This document shows, piece after piece, positions 8,266 to 17,513 of a DNA stretch of 64,000 nucleotides. Below the pieces are notes generated by a model. It was not told the origin of the DNA and ran no database searches. It saw nothing but the letters and a program-made list of their open reading frames with translations. How positions within the stretch are numbered: position 1 is the stretch's first letter; every line of letters begins with the position of its first letter. The position numbers and the translations under genes were made by a program. The stretch lies in sequence record NC_028950.1, one strand, 5' to 3'.

Positions 8266-9720
8266 TTAAGCGCGCAGGAAAGCGTTCATCGCATAGAACT
8301 TCAGCGACGGATCGAAGATCTGCGAGATCGTGCCGATCTTCCAGCGGTCAGCTGCCGGAATCTTGGCGATGAACTCGGGATCGCTCGGATGCGAACCACC
8401 GTTGGCCATGGAGTCCATGACGAAGCGGCTGCCGATTGCCGGACGATGCGGGTTTTGTGCAATCGTTTCCAGCGTACCGATCAGCGAATCGATGACCGAA
8501 CGCGACCAGCATTCCAGCGGAGTCGGCAGGAGCGAATCGTCTTGCAGGTCTTCGAGCCACTTGAAACCGACGTCGACGAGTTCTTCTTCGTTCGTGACGA
8601 TTTCGTAGTTTTCCGGCACTTCGATGGCCATCATCATAGCCAGGTGGTGCTTTTCGACATCGCCCGAAGCGTAGTCGAGGAAGAACGTGGTACGCTGATG
8701 CAGCCATTGTTCCGGCGAACACATTGCGTTCTGCGCGCCCTGAGCGATCAGGTCGACGATGTCCTTCTTCTCGTACTTCGATGCGAGACCCGACTCGCTG
8801 TTTTCCAGCCGGCTGTAGACCCGCATTTCGATTTCTTCGCGTCCTTCACGGATCACGTTGTTCATGATGCCGGTCCAGAAGCCTTCGCACAGCATGCGGC
8901 CCGAGAACACGTTCAGCAGTTCACCGCCGAATTCGCTTCCCGGAACCTTATGCAGATCGAGCTTCGACTGCATGGACAGGAAGTCGAGCGGGTTGATGTG
9001 ACCACCCACGCCGACCGAGCAGTTCATGGCCAGACGTTCTTCACCCACGCCCTTGCCACGCTGGTACACGAAGATGCGATAGCGCTTGCCGATCTTCTTG
9101 TAGAACACGATGTACGGCAGCAGCTGGATGTAGCGGCTGTCGGTTTCGCACCAGCCGCGACGGATGAAGTTCAGGGCCCAGTAGACCGCTTCGTTCAGTT
9201 CGTTCGGGCGCACTTCTTCCTGCGGGACCATCGTCATCATGTCGATGAAGTCACGCGCGGCGATCGCCAGCACTTGTTCGACGGGTTTCTTCTGACCTTG
9301 TACCGAATCGACGAGATCCGAGTACGTCGGCAGACGGCCGAAGTCGTGTTCTTTCATCAGGTCGTGTTCGACCGGCGGCTTTTCGTCGACCATCAGGGGA
9401 ATCTGGCCCGGATAGAGCAGCGTGCCGAAAAGCGGAATCGGCGCGATGTCGTCCATGATCTGTTCGCCGAACTGGTTCTTGAAGCCGAGCGATACCTGCC
9501 CGCCGATCGGAGTGACGACTGCGTTTTCGTCGTCACGCATCTTGGCGGCGCGGCGGATGACTTCGGGTTCGACCGGCAGCAGCGGCACGTACGCACGAGC
9601 CGACAGCGGCGGCGTTTGCTGGATGTCGAGTTCGTCTTGCTGGTTTGCTGCGGGCGTGATCAGAACACGGGTTGCCAGTTCAGCTGCTTCCGCTTGTTCG
9701 AATTTTTCTTGCAAAGACAT
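8266..9720 (-). CDS. Nudix-superfamily phosphoesterase (COG4112-like) with N-terminal extension
   Basis: QLLPYIVF...VYQRGKGVGEERLAMNCSVGVGGHINPLD and degenerate Nudix box IREGREEI. Confidence 0.75.
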   Translation of the reverse strand: MSLQEKFEQAEAAELATRVLITPAANQQDELDIQQTPPLSARAYVPLLPVEPEVIRRAAKMRDDENAVVTPIGGQVSLGFKNQFGEQIMDDIAPIPLFGTLLYPGQIPLMVDEKPPVEHDLMKEHDFGRLPTYSDLVDSVQGQKKPVEQVLAIAARDFIDMMTMVPQEEVRPNELNEAVYWALNFIRRGWCETDSRYIQLLPYIVFYKKIGKRYRIFVYQRGKGVGEERLAMNCSVGVGGHINPLDFLSMQSKLDLHKVPGSEFGGELLNVFSGRMLCEGFWTGIMNNVIREGREEIEMRVYSRLENSESGLASKYEKKDIVDLIAQGAQNAMCSPEQWLHQRTTFFLDYASGDVEKHHLAMMMAIEVPENYEIVTNEEELVDVGFKWLEDLQDDSLLPTPLECWSRSVIDSLIGTLETIAQNPHRPAIGSRFVMDSMANGGSHPSDPEFIAKIPAADRWKIGTISQIFDPSLKFYAMNAFLRA

Positions 9721-9830
9721 GGAAAATCCTTATCTAAAAAGTACTACCGGTTTAGGTCAAACCATCCGGTCTTGTGATAAAAAATAATGAGTCGAGATAG
9801 CCGAAGCTATCCCGATCTCGTTTTCAAAAG

Positions 9831-10412
9831 TTACGTCTTGGGAAAGTTAACGCGTTCCCCACGCTGCTTCTTCGACAGATACATCCTGAAGTCGATGATC
9901 TGCTTAGACAATCTGTCGCGAATCTGTTGTGTTTGCCCATAATTAATCGCAATAGCCGTACAAGCATTCACGAGCTTTGCGAAATCGTTATCGAATCGTT
10001 TATCTGCAAACGACGCACGAATACGTGCCACACCGTCTTCTTCTTCCTGGTTGTCAATACCATACCGCATCTGCATGGTCTTACCGATCTGACTGGAAGC
10101 ATTGTCATGCCCTTCGCGCCACTGGATCTGAGTGAGGTTGTACAAATCCGAAGCACGAATCAGGATAACGAGATCGGGGTCCAGCGGACGACGATTGATT
10201 ACTTCCTTGGCATGGTCCGACCAGACCATGTGCTTATTGTCCATATAGGACCGTAGCAATTCGTTATCAGCCCAGAGTTGTTTGTAATACTTCCTCTCGT
10301 CCTTGTAATTATCCGCGAGTTGAGAAACCGCCCGCTTGTACTGTATGTGTTTAATGATCAACACACCAATAAGAATAACGATGACGAAAGACAATTCTTT
10401 TACCAAATCCAT
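9831..10412 (-). CDS. N-terminally membrane-anchored hypothetical protein
   Basis: FVIVILIGVLII TM segment followed by coiled coil. Confidence 0.65.
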   Translation of the reverse strand: MDLVKELSFVIVILIGVLIIKHIQYKRAVSQLADNYKDERKYYKQLWADNELLRSYMDNKHMVWSDHAKEVINRRPLDPDLVILIRASDLYNLTQIQWREGHDNASSQIGKTMQMRYGIDNQEEEDGVARIRASFADKRFDNDFAKLVNACTAIAINYGQTQQIRDRLSKQIIDFRMYLSKKQRGERVNFPKT

Positions 10413-10476
10413 TTTCTATCTCCATGGTAAAAGCATAAACTTCAGGATGAGGGAAACCTCATCCTGAAAGTACTGC

Positions 10477-10905
10477 TTATTTCTTCTTGACGATCTTCAT
10501 TGGCGCAGGGGGAATTGCACCAATAACGACGCCAGAACGGATATCATCGTGACGCATTTTGATAAGGATGCGGTTGCTACCAGTGACCGGCGGCAGAATG
10601 ATGACGTTTGTCCAACCATCGGCATCGAGTACTTCACGAACGATATTCGCAATGAAGCGATCGTCTGCGCCTTCCAGACGCGAAAACAGATCGATCTCGT
10701 GTTCCTTGCCGATGTACCAGGCGATCTCACCCAGCGTGGGGTCGTACGAATACAGGCCCAGCTTGAGAGCTTTCGCGAGCAGATCGAAGAATACATCCTT
10801 GACCTCTTGTTCCGACTTGAAACGACGGAACGGCTTACCGCTGAATTCGGTAAGCTCTTTCTTGAGCATCTTCTTGACAGCGTCGAGGGAATTCATGTCA
10901 ACCAT
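10477..10905 (-). CDS. Hypothetical protein
   Basis: ORF with AGAG RBS before MVDMNSL. Confidence 0.6.
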   Translation of the reverse strand: MVDMNSLDAVKKMLKKELTEFSGKPFRRFKSEQEVKDVFFDLLAKALKLGLYSYDPTLGEIAWYIGKEHEIDLFSRLEGADDRFIANIVREVLDADGWTNVIILPPVTGSNRILIKMRHDDIRSGVVIGAIPPAPMKIVKKK

Positions 10906-10915
10906 TGTGGTTCTC

Positions 10916-11371
10916 TTATTTCGCGTAAATGATTTCGGTTGAGAAGCCCTCAATGAAGAACTTACCATTGCGCACGAGAGTCATGCGGGCAGTTTCGAGA
11001 TACTTCTCTTTTTCTTCTTCCGACATGTCGTTGAAGTCCGGCACTTTCAGACCAGCATGTTCACGCCAGTACTTCACCTGCGTCCAGGCAATCTTGCGCA
11101 GCGCTTCGTCGTAGTTCAAGAAGACTTCCTTGGCGACATGGATACGTTCGACTACCGGAGCTGTCGGAATATAGTTCACACCATATTCCAGCAAGACACG
11201 TGCCGCTTCGTCGAGGTACTTCTTCTGGTCCACTTCCGACAGATCGGTGAAGGTATCGGACGAAATGATTCCGAGACGATAGTCACGATAAGCGTTTTGT
11301 TCAGCGGCTTTTTGCGTCGCTTGTTCCAGCGGATAAAACTTATGTTCGATCGGACGAATCTCAAACGGCAT
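10916..11371 (-). CDS. Hypothetical protein with an internal duplication
   Basis: TFTDLSEVDQKKYLDEAARVLL versus DFNDMSEEEKEKYLETARMTL; GAGGAGAGG RBS. Confidence 0.7.
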   Translation of the reverse strand: MPFEIRPIEHKFYPLEQATQKAAEQNAYRDYRLGIISSDTFTDLSEVDQKKYLDEAARVLLEYGVNYIPTAPVVERIHVAKEVFLNYDEALRKIAWTQVKYWREHAGLKVPDFNDMSEEEKEKYLETARMTLVRNGKFFIEGFSTEIIYAK

Positions 11372-11462
11372 TAGCCTCTCCTCAATTTTAAAAAGTTGGT
11401 ATTCAGGTACAAAATAAAAAGCCCCGCTATGAAAAATAACGGGGCCGACATCACTTCCCTAA

Positions 11463-11837
11463 CTACTGGAAGGTGGGTTGATGTTGTTGGAATCTACGAT
11501 CGGGCGGAGTGGGTAAGTCATGCACCGCCACTTGCCAACGCCTGCTGCGAACATCTGGTAAGAACAGCGCGCGTTTTTCGTAATAGATGTTTTTCCAGTG
11601 ATCCTGCTTCTGGACATCTTCCCAACCGAATTCGATTTTGGGAGCTTCAAACGTAGACGGGTCGTTATGCTGCACGCCGTTCGTCTGATTCACCTTGCTT
11701 AAGAAAGCAAAGGGATAACCACAGTGAACGCAGAATAACTTCTGCGCATCACGTCCTTCGAAGTTTTCTTTGCTGGATCTTACCGTCCAGTAATGTCCGT
11801 TATCGCAGAGGTACTCTGTGTAACCTTCGTAAGACAT
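11463..11837 (-). CDS. Zn-ribbon hypothetical protein
   Basis: CDNGH...CVHC. Confidence 0.6.
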   Translation of the reverse strand: MSYEGYTEYLCDNGHYWTVRSSKENFEGRDAQKLFCVHCGYPFAFLSKVNQTNGVQHNDPSTFEAPKIEFGWEDVQKQDHWKNIYYEKRALFLPDVRSRRWQVAVHDLPTPPDRRFQQHQPTFQ

Positions 11838-11882
11838 TATTAGCTCCTCGATCTGCATAGACCTCTCTACGCAGACTTTCGT

Positions 11883-12239
11883 TTAAATGAAGTTGTTACA
11901 AGGGGAATACTCCAATTGCCCGGACATAAAGCGATCCGGATAAACTTCGCTACTACTCGTACCACGAAACCCCGAGTACGATACCGATTTCAACTTGAAG
12001 ACTTCTTCCCTGGTCAGGGGATTACCATCCTGATCCATCTCAGCATGGATTTGGAAGCGACGGAATGCTTCGTCGGCTGCTTTCTTCGTATCCTCAGCTG
12101 CAATGAGGCCACGTGACTCTGCGGTCAGCTTGTAGAGAAAACCACCTGGCTGAGCCGACTCCCAATGTTGTTTCTCTTGGGCAAACCGTAGCCGGAAGCG
12201 ATCTCTTGCTTCCAGGCGTTTTTGTTCCTTAGTCTTCAT
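11883..12239 (-). CDS. Hypothetical protein
   Basis: ORF starting directly after TTTTAAA. Confidence 0.6.
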   Translation of the reverse strand: MKTKEQKRLEARDRFRLRFAQEKQHWESAQPGGFLYKLTAESRGLIAAEDTKKAADEAFRRFQIHAEMDQDGNPLTREEVFKLKSVSYSGFRGTSSSEVYPDRFMSGQLEYSPCNNFI

Positions 12240-12395
12240 TTTAAAAGGTATTCCTTTCAAACGTTCAGGATATGACGAGTTGTCCCCGTCATACCAGATT
12301 ACTTAAGGTGGTTCTTCTTGAGCTGCTTTTTTATCCGAGCCTGCCTTGCCAACAGGACTGGATCCGCGTAATGCGAAGCAGTGCTGTGGTTTACA

Positions 12396-12887
12396 TCATG
12401 GCGCAAGTGCGAAGGTTTCGTCGTGCGCCGAGTCTTCACCGCGTTTTGCATCTTCGCGATCCTTGAGCGTTTGTGCTTCAAAGGAGCCTTCCGGGTATTT
12501 GCCCGGGATGCGATCGGGATAAAGCTTCTTCAGACGGCGGATGTATTGCAGCGCATGCCATTCCGTCACGAAGATCAGATTCAGGGCCTCCGGGTAAGCC
12601 GGTACGGCGTTGCAGTCCGCTTTCTGCTGCGGCGTATCAACACCGAAGTCGGCGAAGTGATGAGACTCCATTACGTTGGTGTGTTTACGACCAACGACTT
12701 TCTTGCCTTCGAACCATTCGTAGAGTTCTTCGAACGGTTTGTCGGCACTGCGATGATCCTCGTACGCATACGGGACCGTCACGTAGATCTTCAGAATCTC
12801 CTCAGACATCGAAAAGCCGTTTACGAGATACAGCTTCGCGCCTTTCTTGAAATCTTCGAACTTAGCACGACCTGCTTTAGTTGCCAT
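12396..12887 (-). CDS. Hypothetical protein
   Basis: GGAG RBS, operon context. Confidence 0.65.
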   Translation of the reverse strand: MATKAGRAKFEDFKKGAKLYLVNGFSMSEEILKIYVTVPYAYEDHRSADKPFEELYEWFEGKKVVGRKHTNVMESHHFADFGVDTPQQKADCNAVPAYPEALNLIFVTEWHALQYIRRLKKLYPDRIPGKYPEGSFEAQTLKDREDAKRGEDSAHDETFALAP

Positions 12888-13131
12888 TACTGATTTCTCC
12901 TTGAGTCTGGTTCGCGTTGTGCTTCATGACGAACTCGTTGAACTGATCGGTCAGCAAGTTGATCGGGTTGGGTTTATCCGACAGACCTTTACGATCAAAG
13001 TCCATCGTGACTTGCAACTCACGAATGTAGTGCCCCGGTCCATTCAGTGCTCGCAAAAGCTCCCCGAGTGCTTCCGCATCCACAGGCACCATCAAACGTT
13101 CTTCAACTTGTGCTGACTGCTGTTCCGACAT
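12877..13131 (-). CDS. Hypothetical protein
   Basis: GGAG RBS, overlaps next start. Confidence 0.6.
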   Translation of the reverse strand: MSEQQSAQVEERLMVPVDAEALGELLRALNGPGHYIRELQVTMDFDRKGLSDKPNPINLLTDQFNEFVMKHNANQTQGEISNGN

Positions 13132-13152
13132 TTTCTTACTCCGTTTTAAAAG

Positions 13153-14511
13153 TTAATCAAAATGGCGCGCAAGGTCCTCGCAATCCTTGCGATCCATCTC
13201 CTCTTCCAGCTTCTCCACTTGCCGCAGGGTCATGAAGAGCCGGTCAGGATGCTTCTGCATGAACTTCACCAACTTCTTCACATCGATTGCGTAGAAGCTG
13301 TCAAAGCGCACGCTTATCGGATTGAATACCGAAATGAAACGACCCCAGCCGCCAGTCGCCATGTGGCGATGGAACTTACTGTCGTCGATCCATTTGGCCT
13401 TGTGATCCGCCGGAATGCCGATCTGCTGCCGAATCGCCGCAATAAGACGCGATGTCGAATTAAACAGCGTCTCGCCTTTACGCAGCTTGGGCATCTGGAA
13501 TTCTTCTTCCCGGATGAAGTCGCAGATCAAGTCATGCGACTGCTGAGTGAGAAGACACAGATCGATGTATTCGTACTCGCCAACATCATCACGCAGATCC
13601 ACCGGACCATCACCACGTTTGACGATTTTCCAGACATGATGCATGTTGTACTGGCGAGGTTCATCGACAATGCGAACACTGCCAGGAACACCAGGCTTGA
13701 TCTCCTTCATTACCAGCAGGTAATTACGAGCACCCATCACGACGATATGATCGACCGTGAACCGATTGCCACCGAGATGATCCGGAAGTTCAGGATCGAC
13801 TTCGACGATTGTGCCTTTCGGGAAGTGAGCCGGACCATACTTGATGTCCATTTCCGTACGACCATGCCGACGAAATCGAGTTTCGTAATCAATCAACGTG
13901 ATCGGATACTTTTCTTCGTACTCGTAAATCCACGGCAGTTCAGCGACGAGTTTTCCTTCCGGGTTATGCATCACCCAGTTTTCTTCGCCGGGAATATCTT
14001 CCTGCGCAATCTGCCAGCCATCAACACTCGTGTAAATACCGAGCTTACGTTCAACGAACGTACGATGGAACCGAGGATTGAAGATAACCGTGTTCCAGTA
14101 TTCCTGCGGATCGGGAATCGACGACTGCATCCACATATCGAGATGCTTGTTGAAGAGTTCCAGTTTCACAGCAAGAACCTGCCGCTGCAAAAACAACATA
14201 CCGCCGCGGAAGTCGCTAAAACCACCACGAGCGATTTTCTTCTCGATGCAGCGGATGACTTTCAGACCCGTTTGCATGTATGCCGTATTCGCGCGAGTGA
14301 ACGAAGACAGCGCGATCGATTTCTCGCCGAGAACCAGGTCTTTCGGAAGACCCATCGCATTGTTTACCCGCTTACGAAGAAAATCTTCGAACGCGCGATC
14401 TTCTTCCACGGCATCTGTCGAAAACATCTGTTTACGACTACCGCCGACCTCACTGGCAAACGGATTGAGATTACTCAAATCCGACAATTCTTTCATCAGC
14501 TTGTTATCCAT
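13153..14511 (-). CDS. Mosaic hypothetical protein
   Basis: 452-aa ORF with GAGG RBS; N-terminal segment reminiscent of a portal fragment. Confidence 0.7.
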   Translation of the reverse strand: MDNKLMKELSDLSNLNPFASEVGGSRKQMFSTDAVEEDRAFEDFLRKRVNNAMGLPKDLVLGEKSIALSSFTRANTAYMQTGLKVIRCIEKKIARGGFSDFRGGMLFLQRQVLAVKLELFNKHLDMWMQSSIPDPQEYWNTVIFNPRFHRTFVERKLGIYTSVDGWQIAQEDIPGEENWVMHNPEGKLVAELPWIYEYEEKYPITLIDYETRFRRHGRTEMDIKYGPAHFPKGTIVEVDPELPDHLGGNRFTVDHIVVMGARNYLLVMKEIKPGVPGSVRIVDEPRQYNMHHVWKIVKRGDGPVDLRDDVGEYEYIDLCLLTQQSHDLICDFIREEEFQMPKLRKGETLFNSTSRLIAAIRQQIGIPADHKAKWIDDSKFHRHMATGGWGRFISVFNPISVRFDSFYAIDVKKLVKFMQKHPDRLFMTLRQVEKLEEEMDRKDCEDLARHFD

Positions 14512-14559
14512 CTTTACCTCATTTTAAAAGGGGTTTTCAGAGTCATGCTGCGAGTAGTT

Positions 14560-15411
14560 TTATTCTTCTTCGGCAAGTGCGTTCTGGGGTGAACCGTTGG
14601 ATTCTCCTTCGACACCGCATCCTCGATTTTCTTTCGAGCAGAGTCCGTCAACTTCAACGGTATTCTTTCCTTGGACATCAGATTCCTCTTTGTTCAAGTA
14701 AGCCAGTCGCTCTGCAATCGCTTCTTGCAGAGTCGTCTTATTGCGGCGTTCCCAAATAAAAACGGTCTTCGCCATGGTCTCACACGCGACACAACGTTCG
14801 CATGGAACGAACTTCACATCGTCAGGCTGGTCATCTCCAGCAGGTTCAGGAAGTTCGCAAATCCAGAGATGCGGAATGATTTCCTTAGGCATCTCTTTCA
14901 GAATCCGATCCTTCGTGTGATACATCAGAGGAAACTCCATCGGCACTTGCTCGTAACGCGCAAATGCACTGGTGTGTTTCCATGCAGCTGCCAGATCCCC
15001 GAGATGCATTGAGATCTGATCGCCCATCACGATACCCATGCAGACTTTGGAATGCTTATTGCCATCTGCCGCATATTGCAAACCAAACTGCCACAACGGA
15101 GCCTGAGCGAATGTATGATCGGGAATGTGGTTGTTCCAGCTTTTCTTCGTATAGCCATCTGCCGGATCCACTTCCTTAACCAGCACCGCATCGCCCAGAT
15201 TAACAATCGTGTCCGAGAGGACACGATTACCAGTCTTCTTCTCGAAGAATGCGATGATCTTCTTCCGGGCAGCCAGTTCCATCGGAATTTTGTCTGGAGA
15301 CTGATGTGCTTTGATGTAGCAGGTATAAACATCACCTTCTTGCAAAGCACGCCAGAGCATGTACGAGGAGTCCATGCCGCCCGAGAATACGAGAAGAGGT
15401 TTCTTAGCCAT
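14560..15411 (-). CDS. QueC-like PP-loop ATPase (7-cyano-7-deazaguanine synthase family)
   Basis: LLVFSGGMDS PP-loop and C-terminal Zn motif C-x18-CERCVAC. Confidence 0.8.
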   Translation of the reverse strand: MAKKPLLVFSGGMDSSYMLWRALQEGDVYTCYIKAHQSPDKIPMELAARKKIIAFFEKKTGNRVLSDTIVNLGDAVLVKEVDPADGYTKKSWNNHIPDHTFAQAPLWQFGLQYAADGNKHSKVCMGIVMGDQISMHLGDLAAAWKHTSAFARYEQVPMEFPLMYHTKDRILKEMPKEIIPHLWICELPEPAGDDQPDDVKFVPCERCVACETMAKTVFIWERRNKTTLQEAIAERLAYLNKEESDVQGKNTVEVDGLCSKENRGCGVEGESNGSPQNALAEEE

Positions 15412-16148
15412 TATTTTTCTTCCTTCTTATCTTCGAACTCCGAATGCGAATCGAGGTTGCTGAACGCGACCTTTCCTTCGGGAAGAGGTTTGGTCAAAAT
15501 TTCATCCAATTTGTGTTCCGGACGAAGACGACCGACAAGCATCTTGCGATGGATGTTCAGCGGATCACCTTCACCGCGTGTCATCGGAACATTCGGATTC
15601 ACGTCCGGTCCTTTGAACTTATCCGAATAACCGCCGACTTCCATCATAGGCGGATGATCTGCATCCGGAGGAATGACGCCGAACGACATCGAACCATCCG
15701 GATTCATCTGGCAGTCGATTGCGATCGGCTGGGCGCGTGTCTTCAGCATTTCCATTCCTTCTTCAGAAATATTCCGATCGACCATCACTTCAACTTCCGG
15801 CATTTCTAACGAGATCTTCATCGTCAGACCCGCCTTGATCGCCTCATTCAACGCCATCATCGATTTCCGTTCTGTAACGGGGTGAACGATAAGGGGATAG
15901 AGGCTTCCACGGTGGATGTCAGGATCGCGCGGGACGAAGGGGGTAGGACCGGGCGACGAGAAGATCACCATTTCGCCTTTACGAAAACCGCCATCCAAGA
16001 TGGTGTTCATGAATTCGGAATTAACTGCGCCACGACGCATCATTTCCTGCCGCTCGTTACTTACGAGACCTTCAAGTGCATCCATTGCGTCGTTACCCAA
16101 AACAGCACGCAGTTGTTTTTCGATCTTATCGTTCATGCTTACCTTCAT
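15411..16148 (-). CDS. Hypothetical protein containing a degenerate DnaB H1/H1a fragment
   Basis: MNTILDGGFRKGEMVIFS...RKSMMALNEA...ISLEMPE. Confidence 0.6.
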   Translation of the reverse strand: MKVSMNDKIEKQLRAVLGNDAMDALEGLVSNERQEMMRRGAVNSEFMNTILDGGFRKGEMVIFSSPGPTPFVPRDPDIHRGSLYPLIVHPVTERKSMMALNEAIKAGLTMKISLEMPEVEVMVDRNISEEGMEMLKTRAQPIAIDCQMNPDGSMSFGVIPPDADHPPMMEVGGYSDKFKGPDVNPNVPMTRGEGDPLNIHRKMLVGRLRPEHKLDEILTKPLPEGKVAFSNLDSHSEFEDKKEEK

Positions 16149-16597
16149 TTTAAAATGATTGAGGACAACGCAGCGATGGCGTATTTATCACCCGCCATAC
16201 TTTCGCACGTTGCTCGAAGTGCTTCTACATCACTTGCGCGTTCCATCGCCAGATGTTCATCATCCTCCTTCATCTGGATGAATTTCATCTTCGCACGAAT
16301 GGCGCGGTAATACGGACGAATTTCGTCTATACAAGCCCTCAGCACAGTGAGAATGTCTCTGCCCGGCCCATCTTCGTGGAACAGTTTGTGCAGCAGAGGC
16401 TGATTGTCATCGTTAGGCGGCAGTAACAACAATTCCCGACACACCGCCATGCGTATGTACTCATAACGGGCATGTACTGCAGCCACGCTAATGCCGAAGT
16501 CTTTGCCGACACGGGCAAAACCCTTACCCTCGAAAACGATTTCTTCGAAGATACCGAAATAACTGTTTAGGTTTTCCAATGTCTGCATGATGATCAC
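16145..16597 (-). CDS. HTH-containing protein (sigma-70 region 4-like)
   Basis: IVFEGKGFARVGKDFGISVAAVHARY. Confidence 0.5.
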   Translation of the reverse strand: MIIMQTLENLNSYFGIFEEIVFEGKGFARVGKDFGISVAAVHARYEYIRMAVCRELLLLPPNDDNQPLLHKLFHEDGPGRDILTVLRACIDEIRPYYRAIRAKMKFIQMKEDDEHLAMERASDVEALRATCESMAGDKYAIAALSSIILK

Positions 16598-16788
16598 CGA
16601 TTCAGATGTGAGACGAGAGCTTCAGCTTCGGACTGCGAGTAAACCACAGCCAGCTGATCACCATCTTCATCGATGATTTCGAACTGCTCGACGTCCTGCA
16701 ATTCGTCGACAGTAACCGGGTCACCACTTTCGTGCTTGAAGACGTGTTCTTCAACTGCGTCTTCTTCAATCTTAGCCCATTTGTACAT
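16594..16788 (-). CDS. Small acidic hypothetical protein (64 aa)
   Basis: GGAG RBS before MYKWAK; the longer track start runs through terminator 16838-16855. Confidence 0.65.
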   Translation of the reverse strand: MYKWAKIEEDAVEEHVFKHESGDPVTVDELQDVEQFEIIDEDGDQLAVVYSQSEAEALVSHLNR

Positions 16789-16863
16789 TTTGTTGCTCCT
16801 CAGTTTTAAAAAGACCTGGTAATTACTTCTTGAAACAGGGGAGCCGTAGCTCCCCGACGGCAC

Positions 16864-17487
16864 TTACCGATAGCTGTAATAGCGAGGTGCTTGACGGTAA
16901 GCGTAGTTAGGTGGGTCGTAACGCGGTTCATAACCCCGTGGGTAATACTGGCCGGAATAGCCACGCATAGCCGGTTGGATCACGATGGGAGTCGGACCAT
17001 ACCAAGGCTGTTCGTATTGCTGAACGTATTGCGCGGGTGGCCGTTGGTAATACTGAGGCGCAGGAGACCGGACGAGGTGTGGTGGCTCCTGGTAGTACGC
17101 ATCTTGAGGCACGTACTGCTGCTGATACGACGGTTCATCGGCATAGACTTCCTGAACCTGGTAGGGATCCTGCCGTTGCTGCATGCGAGGCAGCGGACGC
17201 GTATAGTCGCGTGCGACTGGCGGCAAAGGAGGAGGCTGTTGAGCTTGCATTTGCTTTGCATCATAATCCCCTCGCTGAATCCAACCGTTACGGAAAGCCC
17301 TGGCAGTGGTCGACATGGGATTGTCCGGGTCTTCGGCCCGACCATCCGCATTACGCGACCAGTCTTCAGGAGTGATTTGTCGCGGCTGACCATTCTGATC
17401 CGGGACATCGTACGCATACTCCGGACCATCTGCCCAAGCTGTGGCACTGACAAGTAACAGCACGCAAAGCGCGATTCGAGTTTTCAT
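16864..17487 (-). CDS. Exported Pro/Gln/Tyr-rich protein
   Basis: Sec signal peptide MKTRIALCVLLLVSATAWA followed by low-complexity sequence. Confidence 0.7.
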   Translation of the reverse strand: MKTRIALCVLLLVSATAWADGPEYAYDVPDQNGQPRQITPEDWSRNADGRAEDPDNPMSTTARAFRNGWIQRGDYDAKQMQAQQPPPLPPVARDYTRPLPRMQQRQDPYQVQEVYADEPSYQQQYVPQDAYYQEPPHLVRSPAPQYYQRPPAQYVQQYEQPWYGPTPIVIQPAMRGYSGQYYPRGYEPRYDPPNYAYRQAPRYYSYR

Positions 17488-17513
17488 TTTTCTTCCCCGT
17501 GTTTTAAAAGACG

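Noticed and set aside
12299-12481. 60-aa basic ORF
   Set aside because: Overlaps the 12396 gene by 86 nt and has no clear RBS; possible but unsupported.
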